Shown: positions 21,740 through 31,133 of the stretch, piece by piece
How positions within the stretch are numbered: the first letter of the stretch is position 1
Layout of the letters: each line of letters opens with the position of its first letter
NCBI RefSeq assembly: GCF_058153355.1
Contig: NZ_CM177019.1
Reading direction: 5' to 3' (one strand)
Length of the DNA stretch: 64,000 nt
Position numbers and translations under genes: made by a program
Notes under the pieces: generated by a model
Database searches by the model: none
What the model was told of the DNA's origin: nothing
What the model saw: only the letters and a program-made list of their open reading frames with translations

Positions 21740-22053
21740 TTGGGGCCATTTTGACTCATAGAGGAAAGCATTACGCACGAACTTTCTTAGTTTATTATTT
21801 GGATTTATATTCTATTAATACATTATTTTATAGATTTTTATATTGAACGCGGTGGTTTTTGGAGAGATGAATGAGGAAGTTGCTTCGAGACACAGAAACG
21901 TTAGCTTTACCTATAGCGGAGGTGATGTGAAATTAATTTATAAGAGAAACAATTTACATATCAAACAGTTAGTTGCTTTATGTCGTTTTTTTATATTTTT
22001 ATGCTTGAGAACAAATACAAAACTTTTTTATGATATGGACAGTTTGGCCCCAA
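21740..22053. promoter_or_regulatory. fimS: fimS invertible phase-variation switch (314 bp) bounded by 9-bp inverted repeats TTGGGGCCA (21740-21748) and TGGCCCCAA (22045-22053)
   Basis: Exact 9-bp inverted repeats spaced to give a 314-bp element between fimE and fimA, the published size of the fim switch. Confidence 0.9.
22005..22034 (+). promoter_or_regulatory. Sigma70-like promoter inside fimS (TTGAGA, 17-18 bp spacer, TATGAT) reading toward fimE, away from fimA
   Basis: Hexamers seen on the + strand next to the fimE-proximal inverted repeat; fimA is on the - strand at lower coordinates. Confidence 0.55.
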
Positions 22054-22100
22054 TTGTCTTATATTTCCTTATCTTTTCATATTATTATCAATAAGTTACA

Positions 22101-22697
22101 TCAGGCATCTTCTCTTTTTAATTTTTCGTTTATGAGATTATTTCTTTCCCATAATCCGGCAAAACGTGCAGCATTACTGGCGGTATAACGCACAGTATGG
22201 CGAATATTTCGATGCCCGAGATAATCCTGAATTAAACGGGTATCTGCACCACGCTCCGCCAGTTCATAACCGCAAGCATGCCTTAACATATGAGGATGAG
22301 TCTGCGTCACGGTTCCAGCTTCAATACCGGCATCGCGAATAATGCGATAGGCCTGCTGGCGAGAAAGTCGACTCCCGCGGCGAGAAATAAATATGGCGTC
22401 GGTCTGGTCAGCGCCTTTCCAGTTAATACGTTCCTGGGTCCAGCGCTCCACAGCTTCACGCTCATCAAAACGTAACGGGTGAACGGTAGAAAATCCGTTC
22501 TTCAGTCGGCGAATATTTATTCGACCTTCGTTAAGGTCAAGATCCTGATAATGCAGATCAAGCAGTTCACTAATACGCATCCCATGCCGATATGCCAACA
22601 AAATTAGGCAATAATCTCTGGCTCCCGTTGCCCCGTAACAAACCGCCTGCATCATGTCCTGAACTTCTTTACCGGTAAGATAACGACGTTTACTCAC
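22101..22697 (-). CDS. fimE: Tyrosine recombinase FimE (ON-to-OFF switching)
   Basis: 198 aa phage-integrase-family recombinase (catalytic motifs HxxRH ... Y); position adjacent to fimS. Confidence 0.93.
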   Translation of the reverse strand: MSKRRYLTGKEVQDMMQAVCYGATGARDYCLILLAYRHGMRISELLDLHYQDLDLNEGRINIRRLKNGFSTVHPLRFDEREAVERWTQERINWKGADQTDAIFISRRGSRLSRQQAYRIIRDAGIEAGTVTQTHPHMLRHACGYELAERGADTRLIQDYLGHRNIRHTVRYTASNAARFAGLWERNNLINEKLKREDA

Positions 22698-23174
22698 AAT
22701 AGTAGTACTCCTGACTGAGATATATTTGAATGAATACCTATAGGAAACCTCGATCGGTTAAAATTAGCCCAATAGATAAAAAGATAACCACACAGGAAGT
22801 TATGTGGCTATCAGTCAATTACATTAAATATCATACAAAAATAAAATATCACTGATGTGACAACATCTATTTTCATTGATTTGATTCAATATAACAATAG
22901 ATTGCAGCGGATTAACTTCCAGTTGCTTAAAAAATAAAGAAAAAAGTGCAGAAACAGGAGAACTTGAGTGATGTGTAAATTTATGAATGATTTTGTTTAT
23001 TTATTTTGAAGAACATAAACCATTGTATTTTGTATGGATATGGTTAACTTAATGTTTATTATGATAATTAAGAATCACACTTACAATAACATCAATTAAT
23101 AAATGGTTAATCATTTTTGATATATCGTAAGAATAATGTATTTTTTAACACCATCCCTGGTATCTCATCTATCT

Positions 23175-23777
23175 CTATAAAACAGCGTGATGCTGTCGTC
23201 CTCTGGCTCTATCCCAGATGCCGTAAAAACGCCCTGCATTGCTGGCGGTATACCAGACAGTATGACGAATATTGCGATGCCCAAGATAATCCTGGATAAG
23301 TCGTGTATCTATTCCCATATTCGCCAAAGCAAAACCACACGAATGGCGTAACATATGCGGATGAATCTCCAGTGATAACCCAGCATTACCACCAGAAGTC
23401 GAGATAATATGGTAAAACTGTTGCCGAGAAAGCGGGTTCCCCTTACGTGATAAAAATACCCACTCGCTCTCAGCATGCGGATAAGAAGTACGTATACTCA
23501 ACCAGTTTTTTAAAGCCTGAACTTCTTTGTTCAATAGCGGGTGCGTTGTTGAAAAGCCTTTTTTTAATCGATGGATATAGATACACTTTGCCTTAAGATC
23601 AATATCCGAAATCCTCAATCGACAAATTTCACTCGCCCGGAAACCATGAATAAAACAAAGCAAAGTCAGACAATAATTACGTGCTGCATGAGGCCCGGTA
23701 TTTGCTGCTTTAAGGAGTGACTCGATTTCACTATGGGTCAGGAAGTTCCTTTTTTTGTTATCAGCCTTATTCTTCAT
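23175..23777 (-). CDS. fimB: Tyrosine recombinase FimB
   Basis: 200 aa, paralogous to FimE; upstream of fimE. Confidence 0.93.
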   Translation of the reverse strand: MKNKADNKKRNFLTHSEIESLLKAANTGPHAARNYCLTLLCFIHGFRASEICRLRISDIDLKAKCIYIHRLKKGFSTTHPLLNKEVQALKNWLSIRTSYPHAESEWVFLSRKGNPLSRQQFYHIISTSGGNAGLSLEIHPHMLRHSCGFALANMGIDTRLIQDYLGHRNIRHTVWYTASNAGRFYGIWDRARGRQHHAVL

Positions 23778-25205
23778 CGTTTTCCCTTATAATTACAGAC
23801 GCGCACTAGCTGTGCTGGGTTAGCAATAATCCAACATTTTAATCCTGGTTATGTTTATAAAAGCGAACGTTTGCTTAATAACTAACGTAAGTGGACCAGT
23901 TCTTCTGAGTGAACTAAAATGGAGTAGCGATAGTTACTTATAATAACTTTGCCATACAAACGCCATGCTCTTGCATGCTATGTACCCTTATATATTTATC
24001 AATCTGATACGAATCTAATAATAACCCTCATCATTAATGCAACTAATCTTATCTATATATCATGTGATATGTTCTGTAACAAGTAAAATCAACATAAAAA
24101 ATTCAGCAAAATTTAATATTCGTTCAACTAGCCGTCTCACATATGACATTATTAGTCAACTGCATTTGCCACAAAATGGCTATTTCATGGAACGCAGTAA
24201 TTTCTTAGCGTCTATTATCATGCTAATTCTTAGGTCCCTAGCGATTATTCCTGCCTGGTTCGTCAGCTTACGCCATGAGATTGCTACATTCCTTTTTATC
24301 CTGGAGATATGGGGGAACGCAGGCGACGCTTTTTCATCTACATTCGTTGGTAAATATGGCTTTGGTCACTACGACTTAAACCTTCCTCAATCACAGCTAT
24401 TCGCCGGGCGATACGGCAAACAAACTAAGTGAAACATCATCCTGAAAACACCAATGCGTACTGAACATCAACAAGCCTCTCCTGATCGACTTCAGAAGTG
24501 ACCAGTTACAAGCCACAAACCTGGAAACATATTTCATGATGAGAATTATGCTCAGCCTGATGGCGGGTAAACACTTATTTTCACCACGCTCACTGAGTTA
24601 GCCAGCAAAGCTCCCCTTGTTTAGAGTGCAAATAAATAACATATAAAACAAATAGTTAATAAAATATCTTTGATTTGTGAAGGCCATCGTAAGTGTTCGT
24701 CTGACTTCACATGGCATCTTCTTCATAGAAAAATATAGACATATTTTGTGACACGAATTGCAAATCTGGTTTTGTTATATGGCTTGTGTGATTTTTGATA
24801 TGGTATAACAGGTATAAAGGTGTACCGAAGTAGTCAATGAGACTGAGCATCTCGCAATCTATGACAAACATCACTTCAGTCTGAAAGGAGTATGAAAATG
24901 AGATCAACAAACTTTCTATTTTATGACTCTGGGTAAAATGGATTGAGTAAGTGATATCGCTTACGAATATTCAAATCAATTAAACATCAGAAGAGATTTT
25001 ATACTCAGGTATTTAATCTGGCCCTCTGTTTATTTAAATAATGTGGAAGAGAATTTTCACAGGAGACCTTATACAAAAAATATAAAATACAGCTACCCGT
25101 TACCAAAGACACTATAAGCCTGGCAAAAAATATTACACAACATAAATGCTAATTGTTTATGCGGGCTTTGTATTGCTTTCTGTATCCTACAAATGAGTGA
25201 AATTT
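23778..25205. promoter_or_regulatory. Long (~1.4 kb) AT-rich nanC-fimB intergenic regulatory region
   Basis: No convincing ORF; in E. coli this interval carries the divergent nanC and fimB promoters and distal NanR/NagC/IHF sites (established knowledge, individual sites not mapped here). Confidence 0.6.
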
Positions 25206-25922
25206 ATGAAAAAGGCTAAAATACTTTCTGGCGTATTATTACTGTGCTTTTCGTCACCATTAATTTCTCAAGCTGCGACACTGGACGTACGTGGTGGATA
25301 TCGTAGTGGAAGCCACGCCTATGAGACTCGACTCAAAGTCAGTGAGGGATGGCAAAATGGATGGTGGGCAAGCATGGAAAGTAATACCTGGAATACCATT
25401 CATGATAATAAAAAGGAAAATGCCGCACTCAATGATGTTCAGGTTGAAGTTAATTACGCGATTAAACTTGATGATCAATGGACGGTGCGCCCGGGAATGT
25501 TAACGCATTTTAGCAGCAACGGCACACGCTACGGACCCTACGTAAAATTGTCCTGGGACGCGACAAAAGATCTTAATTTTGGTATTCGCTATCGTTACGA
25601 CTGGAAAGCTTACCGACAACAAGACTTATCCGGTGATATGTCTCGTGATAATGTTCATCGTTGGGATGGATATGTCACTTACCATATTAATAGTGATTTC
25701 ACCTTCGCATGGCAAACGACGCTATACAGCAAACAAAACGATTATCGCTATGCAAACCATAAGAAATGGGCGACGGAAAATGCATTTGTTCTACAATACC
25801 ATATGACGCCTGATATTACGCCATACATAGAATATGACTACCTTGACCGTCAGGGTGTTTATAACGGCAGAGATAATTTATCAGAAAACAGTTATCGCAT
25901 TGGTGTGTCATTTAAACTGTAG
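25206..25922 (+). CDS. nanC: N-acetylneuraminic acid outer membrane channel NanC (start at MKKAKILSG)
   Basis: 238 aa KdgM-family porin, signal peptide; synteny with nanM/nanS. Confidence 0.9.
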   Translation: MKKAKILSGVLLLCFSSPLISQAATLDVRGGYRSGSHAYETRLKVSEGWQNGWWASMESNTWNTIHDNKKENAALNDVQVEVNYAIKLDDQWTVRPGMLTHFSSNGTRYGPYVKLSWDATKDLNFGIRYRYDWKAYRQQDLSGDMSRDNVHRWDGYVTYHINSDFTFAWQTTLYSKQNDYRYANHKKWATENAFVLQYHMTPDITPYIEYDYLDRQGVYNGRDNLSENSYRIGVSFKL

Positions 25923-25941
25923 TAGACAGGAGACAGTCACA

Positions 25942-27048
25942 ATGAATAAAACAATAACGGCGCTTGCTATCATGATGGCTTCATTTGCCGCAAACGCGTC
26001 TGTATTACCGGAAACTCCGGTGCCATTTAAAAGTGGTACCGGAGCAATTGATAACGACACTGTCTACATTGGTTTAGGTAGCGCAGGTACAGCATGGTAC
26101 AAGCTGGATACACAGGCCAAAGATAAAAAATGGACAGCGTTAGCTGCATTCCCTGGTGGACCGAGAGATCAAGCAACCTCTGCATTTATTGATGGCAATC
26201 TGTATGTGTTTGGCGGCATTGGCAAAAACAGCGAGGGCTTGACTCAGGTATTTAATGACGTACACAAATACAACCCCAAAACCAATAGCTGGGTTAAATT
26301 GATGTCGCACGCGCCGATGGGCATGGCGGGCCATGTGACTTTTGTACATGACGGCAAGGCTTATGTTACTGGCGGTGTTAACCAGAATATCTTCAATGGC
26401 TATTTTGAAGATCTCAACGAAGCTGGAAAAGATCCAACCGCTATAGATAAAATCAACGCCCACTATTTTGACAAAAAAGCAGAAGATTATTTCTTCAATA
26501 AGTTTCTGTTGTCTTTTGATCCCTCAACACAGCAATGGAGTTACGCTGGCGAATCTCCCTGGTACGGGACGGCTGGTGCAGCGGTTGTGAATAAAGGCGA
26601 TAAAACCTGGCTTATTAATGGTGAAGCCAAACCAGGACTACGAACGGATGCCGTATTTGAACTTGATTTCACCGGTAATAATTTAAAATGGAATAAACTT
26701 GCTCCCGTCTCATCACCAGATGGCGTCGCTGGCGGTTTTGCGGGGATAAGCAATGACTCACTTATATTTGCCGGGGGGGCCGGATTCAAGGGGGCGCGGG
26801 AAAATTATCAGAACGGTAAGAACTATGCGCATGAAGGCCTGAAAAAATCATATAGCGCTGATATTCATCTTTGGCATAACGGGAAATGGGATAAATCGGG
26901 CGAATTATCGCAAGGTCGGGCCTACGGAGTATCATTGCCCTGGAATAATAGTTTATTAATTATTGGCGGTGAAACTGCAGGCGGCAAAGCGGTGACGGAT
27001 TCAGTTTTGATCTCTGTGAAGGATAATAAAGTCACAGTACAAAACTAA
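25942..27048 (+). CDS. nanM: N-acetylneuraminate mutarotase NanM (start at MNKTITALA)
   Basis: 368 aa, signal peptide, Kelch-repeat beta-propeller (repeated GG...Y/W motifs). Confidence 0.9.
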   Translation: MNKTITALAIMMASFAANASVLPETPVPFKSGTGAIDNDTVYIGLGSAGTAWYKLDTQAKDKKWTALAAFPGGPRDQATSAFIDGNLYVFGGIGKNSEGLTQVFNDVHKYNPKTNSWVKLMSHAPMGMAGHVTFVHDGKAYVTGGVNQNIFNGYFEDLNEAGKDPTAIDKINAHYFDKKAEDYFFNKFLLSFDPSTQQWSYAGESPWYGTAGAAVVNKGDKTWLINGEAKPGLRTDAVFELDFTGNNLKWNKLAPVSSPDGVAGGFAGISNDSLIFAGGAGFKGARENYQNGKNYAHEGLKKSYSADIHLWHNGKWDKSGELSQGRAYGVSLPWNNSLLIIGGETAGGKAVTDSVLISVKDNKVTVQN

Positions 27049-27112
27049 TGCTTCAGGGCCCCAGTAAAGGGGCTCTGCTATCAATTTGCCATTTCAATTA
27101 CGCGAAAATTAT

Positions 27113-28093
27113 ATGAACGCAATAATAACGCCCGATTATTACTATGTTCTTACCGTTGCCGGTCAGTCTAATGCCATGGCGTATGGCGAAGGACTGCCAT
27201 TACCGGACAGGGAAGATGCGCCTCATCCCAGGATTAAACAATTAGCGAGATTTGCGCATACGCATCCCGGAGGCCCGTCATGTCACTTTAACGACATTAT
27301 TCCACTGACTCACTGCCCACACGATGTTCAGGATATGCAGGGTTATCACCATCCTCTGGCAACGAATCATCAAACACAGTACGGCACCGTTGGCCAGGCA
27401 CTGCATATTGCACGGAAATTACTGCCCTTTATTCCTGATAACGCGGGGGTTCTCATCGTTCCATGTTGCCGTGGCGGATCGGCTTTTACCGCGGGCAGCG
27501 AGGGGACATATTCAGAACGGCACGGAGCCAGCCATGATGCTTGTCGTTGGGGAACGGATACTCCGCTATACCAGGATTTAGTCAGCAGAACGCGAGCCGC
27601 ACTGGCAAAAAATCCGCAGAACAAATTCCTCGGCGTATGCTGGATGCAAGGCGAATTTGACTTAATGACCAGTGACTACGCGTCACACCCTCAATACTTT
27701 AATCATATGGTTGAAGCCTTTCGTAGGGATCTAAAACAATACCATTCTCAGCTTAATAATATTACTGACGCACCGTGGTTTTGCGGCGATACCACCTGGT
27801 ACTGGAAAGAAAATTTCCCTCATGCGTATGAAGCTATTTATGGCAATTATCAAAATAATGTTTTAGCCAATATTATTTTCGTCGACTTCCAGCAACAAGG
27901 TGCAAGAGGACTGACGAACGCGCCTGATGAAGATCCAGACGATTTAAGCACGGGATATTACGGTTCAGCGTACCGGTCACCGGAGAACTGGACGACGGTA
28001 CTGCGAAGCAGTCATTTCAGCTCAGCAGCCCGTCGGGGGATTATTTCTGACAGATTTGTAGAAGCAATTTTGCAGTTTTGGCGCGAAAGGTGA
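27113..28093 (+). CDS. nanS: 9-O-acetyl-N-acetylneuraminate esterase NanS (start at MNAIITPDYYY)
   Basis: 326 aa; SGNH-like motif GQSNAMAYGEG near N-terminus. Confidence 0.88.
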   Translation: MNAIITPDYYYVLTVAGQSNAMAYGEGLPLPDREDAPHPRIKQLARFAHTHPGGPSCHFNDIIPLTHCPHDVQDMQGYHHPLATNHQTQYGTVGQALHIARKLLPFIPDNAGVLIVPCCRGGSAFTAGSEGTYSERHGASHDACRWGTDTPLYQDLVSRTRAALAKNPQNKFLGVCWMQGEFDLMTSDYASHPQYFNHMVEAFRRDLKQYHSQLNNITDAPWFCGDTTWYWKENFPHAYEAIYGNYQNNVLANIIFVDFQQQGARGLTNAPDEDPDDLSTGYYGSAYRSPENWTTVLRSSHFSSAARRGIISDRFVEAILQFWRER

Positions 28094-28100
28094 GCGTTCA

Positions 28101-28751
28101 TTAATTTGATTTATTCGCATCCATCAACGCTTTTAACTGCTCCGGCGAAAACGGTGGTTTGCGTCGGTGCAACATCGCATGGCAATTAGGGCACACAGGA
28201 AGCAAATCATTAACTGGATCCAGCTGGTAATCCTCTTTAATGGCTGAAAGCGGCACCAGGTGATGCACATGGATAAAGCCTTCAGCGATATCACCATAGA
28301 TCTTCACCAGATCAACGCCGCATACTTTGCACTGGCATCCATGATGTTCGACCGCTTTATCTCGGGCCTTTTTATCGCGTTCATAGCGGTTTACTGTCAC
28401 CTTTATCGCCGCACCTTCAAGGTATGTCTCCTGCGACGGCAACTCATCCGGGAACAGAACGTCGGCTATGGGAGCCGCAGCGGCTTTATCCTGATGAATA
28501 TGAAATCCCTGCTCTATGAGTAGTTTGACGCATTTAGATTTTATTCCGCCGGTGAAATCCGCAGGGGTAAATTGCGTCCCCGTCATCAATGTCGCTGCGA
28601 TGCCAGCAATCGCCTTCGAGGGGTAACGTCGGCCATGATATTCAATCTCATACAACCGCGCAGGCTGGAACTGATGAGTTTCTCCCGCATCCCATAAATG
28701 GATAGCTTCGATGATATACCGCCGCGGAAGATGATCAGGGAGTTTATTCAT
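28101..28751 (-). CDS. HNH-family endonuclease (216 aa) with an uncharacterised N-terminal domain
   Basis: C-terminal CxxC...HVHHLVPLS...N...CPNCH zinc-finger/HNH motif; N-terminal ~130 aa not recognised; convergent with nanS (7-bp gap). Confidence 0.7.
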   Translation of the reverse strand: MNKLPDHLPRRYIIEAIHLWDAGETHQFQPARLYEIEYHGRRYPSKAIAGIAATLMTGTQFTPADFTGGIKSKCVKLLIEQGFHIHQDKAAAAPIADVLFPDELPSQETYLEGAAIKVTVNRYERDKKARDKAVEHHGCQCKVCGVDLVKIYGDIAEGFIHVHHLVPLSAIKEDYQLDPVNDLLPVCPNCHAMLHRRKPPFSPEQLKALMDANKSN

Positions 28752-28887
28752 GGAGAATGTCCTTATACGTTCTCAGAACAGGCAGCAAAAAAACAAATGA
28801 GATCAAGGTAATATATCTTCACTTGCAGGCTTGAACAGCAGAAAATTTGCGAGCATGATCGCAATTATTTCACTGCCAGGGATATCA

Positions 28888-29760
28888 ATGGCTTCCAGTA
28901 AATCGCTACAGCAGGCAATTGCCAACATAAAAATCTGGCACAAGGGTGAACAGCGCGCGCCGCATAAGCCATTGTTACTGCTATACGTATTAGCGGGATA
29001 CCTGAATGGACATCCGCGCCTTTTCGATTATGGCTCGGAAATCTACGAACCTCTGCACAGTTTACTGGAACGTTTTGGGCCACAGCGTTCACAGTACCGA
29101 CCTGATATGTCGTTCTGGCGATTACAAGGCGACGGATTCTGGCAATTACACAATGCCGAACTTTGCTCAACAGCAGGGAGTAGCCGACAACCGCCAGTGA
29201 AGGAACTGACCGAACACCGCGTTGCAGGCGGTTTCGATGAACAGCACTATGCCCTGGTAATCGGCAATAAAAAACTCATCAATACCCTAGCGCAACAGAT
29301 ACTCGAAGCGCACTTCACCGAGAGCATTCAGGAAGAAATTGCTGACGAGCTGGGTTTTGATCTCCAGCAAATCCGTAAACAGCGCGACCCGTTATTTCGC
29401 AAAAATGTATTACGCGCTTATAAATACCAGTGCGCGATATGTGGCTTTAATATGCGCCACGACGACACCACCGTCGCGTTGGAAGCGGCGCATATAAAAT
29501 GGAAACAGCACGGCGGTCCTTGTGAAATTCCTAATGGCCTGGCGCTTTGTGCAATACACCATAAAGCCTTTGATAAAGGATCGATTGGCCTGGATGAAAA
29601 TATGCGGGTACTGGTCTCGGATGCGGTAAACGGCGGAGGGATCGTTGAGAAACTATTCTGGGATTTTGACGGGAAAACTATTGCGTTACCACAGGTGCGT
29701 AAAAATTACCCTTTTGAGGGGTTTGTGGAGTGGCATCGAAAAGAGGTTTTTAGGGGGTGA
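28888..29760 (+). CDS. HNH nuclease-domain protein (~290 aa from ATG at 28888; ORF track begins at a TTG at 28831), candidate modification-dependent restriction endonuclease
   Basis: C-terminal CAICGF...EAAHIKW...NGLALCAIHHKAFD motif resembling the HNH_2-type nuclease fold; AGGGA Shine-Dalgarno before 28888; N-terminal domain unassigned. Confidence 0.65.
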   Translation: MASSKSLQQAIANIKIWHKGEQRAPHKPLLLLYVLAGYLNGHPRLFDYGSEIYEPLHSLLERFGPQRSQYRPDMSFWRLQGDGFWQLHNAELCSTAGSSRQPPVKELTEHRVAGGFDEQHYALVIGNKKLINTLAQQILEAHFTESIQEEIADELGFDLQQIRKQRDPLFRKNVLRAYKYQCAICGFNMRHDDTTVALEAAHIKWKQHGGPCEIPNGLALCAIHHKAFDKGSIGLDENMRVLVSDAVNGGGIVEKLFWDFDGKTIALPQVRKNYPFEGFVEWHRKEVFRG

Positions 29761-29761
29761 G

Positions 29762-29817
29762 GTAGGCTATCTTGTGCATACAAATAGACAAATAAATTGT
29801 ATAAAGAGATAGCCTAC
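29762..29817. terminator. Inverted repeat (GTAGGCTATCT ... AGATAGCCTAC) between convergent genes; possible bidirectional terminator
   Basis: 11-bp perfect inverted repeat with ~34-nt AT-rich loop seen in sequence. Confidence 0.3.
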
Positions 29818-29822
29818 AAATA

Positions 29823-31133
29823 CTAAATAAATTCAGCCCCACTAGGAAAACGCAACTCTGATGTCTGTAAACTCTCGCCAATAAAGAAAGGTACAACCCA
29901 TAAACGTAACCTATTTTCCTTCTGATGGCTAAATTCATAAGGATGAGGAGATGGCTGATTAAATCCGTTATGATAGGGGTATATCAAAATCATATCACCT
30001 TCCCCCTCCTGGTAATTCAATCCATAGGCAAGCATTTGGTAGAGATCGGCTTGAGATTGCTCAAGACTGTCCTTTCTGCCATTAACTATCTTCCATTTAA
30101 CATCACAGGTAATAACTGAACCAGTAGTACTTTTACGAGGCCGTAAACAAATATCAGGCCGCAGCTTAAATAAAGCTTTACCGTTATAACTAATCAGATT
30201 TTTTGAACTTACCTGTGCGTCCACTCGCCATTTATCATAATAACGATAACGCATCCATGTCGTCACAAAAGATTCAAAAACAGCCTCCATCGGGAAAAGC
30301 AGTGAAAAAGCATTAACATCCCCATACATACAGTGTGGAGAATCGCCCAATAAAATCATCTTCGCCCACGCTAATGCTTGCTCATAGTGATGCATTTGTC
30401 TATCAAAGTGTAACTGCTCGAAAGCTATATAAGCATCATGAACTGACGTGATATTTTCAAAGTGAAACTGCAGCTGTGTTATCTGCTGTAATAATTGTGG
30501 ATTACTGGTCTGGCGACTAATCTTATTGATTGCAGTTTTGAGTATCCGGTTTTCCAGACGATTGACGCTGTACTCGTCATACTCTACCTGAAAACGATCC
30601 CGCCTAATACAGTTTTTGCTTAATTGTGCAGAGATCCGTAATCTTCCTTTCATCCATGGAAGATTATCTTCCTGACGTAAATAGTCACGTTTTAACCCTC
30701 TCTGCACAATCTTACGCACGCTCTCTATAAATTGTTGAATAAAGATATCCATCAGAGGCATTTTAGATATTTTGACGCCAGATTCAGAGGAGGCAATATG
30801 ACGAAATGATTTTAACGTACGTAACATCATCAGTAATTGTTGACGAACAGTATCCTCATTATCCTGACCTGTTTTAGGCAGGATTTCGAGAAATCGCCCC
30901 CCTGGCAGTGAGATTACTCCTGCATAGTTTTTTACCTGCAGCGTTTTTACTCCATTCCGGCTGCTAAGGGTGAGCAAACGATGAGTATTATCAGCATCGT
31001 CTTTCAGACAGCGCAGCTCAAGCCATTTAAATAGGTCTGCAGGTAGCACTACCGCATTATTTATACGGGCATCACCTTCCTCACTCACTAAATGCCCGTA
31101 TTCGAACACAGTGAAATGACTGGAAGATTTCAT
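29823..31133 (-). CDS. McrC-like nuclease subunit of a McrBC-type modification-dependent restriction system (start at MKSSSHF; ORF track TTG start at 31199)
   Basis: ATG overlaps the stop of the upstream McrB-like gene (ATGA overlap); size and position typical of McrC; sequence is not the K-12 McrC. Confidence 0.7.
   Translation of the reverse strand: MKSSSHFTVFEYGHLVSEEGDARINNAVVLPADLFKWLELRCLKDDADNTHRLLTLSSRNGVKTLQVKNYAGVISLPGGRFLEILPKTGQDNEDTVRQQLLMMLRTLKSFRHIASSESGVKISKMPLMDIFIQQFIESVRKIVQRGLKRDYLRQEDNLPWMKGRLRISAQLSKNCIRRDRFQVEYDEYSVNRLENRILKTAINKISRQTSNPQLLQQITQLQFHFENITSVHDAYIAFEQLHFDRQMHHYEQALAWAKMILLGDSPHCMYGDVNAFSLLFPMEAVFESFVTTWMRYRYYDKWRVDAQVSSKNLISYNGKALFKLRPDICLRPRKSTTGSVITCDVKWKIVNGRKDSLEQSQADLYQMLAYGLNYQEGEGDMILIYPYHNGFNQPSPHPYEFSHQKENRLRLWVVPFFIGESLQTSELRFPSGAEFI

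Noticed and set aside
21843-22094. 83-aa ORF lying within the fimS invertible element
   Set aside because: Falls inside the 314-bp regulatory switch, which is not known to encode protein; AT-rich frame with no ribosome-binding site.
24037-24432. 131-aa ORF on the + strand inside the nanC-fimB intergenic region
   Set aside because: AT-rich, low-complexity product with no recognisable motif or ribosome-binding site; the interval is a known long regulatory region, so the ORF is most likely spurious.
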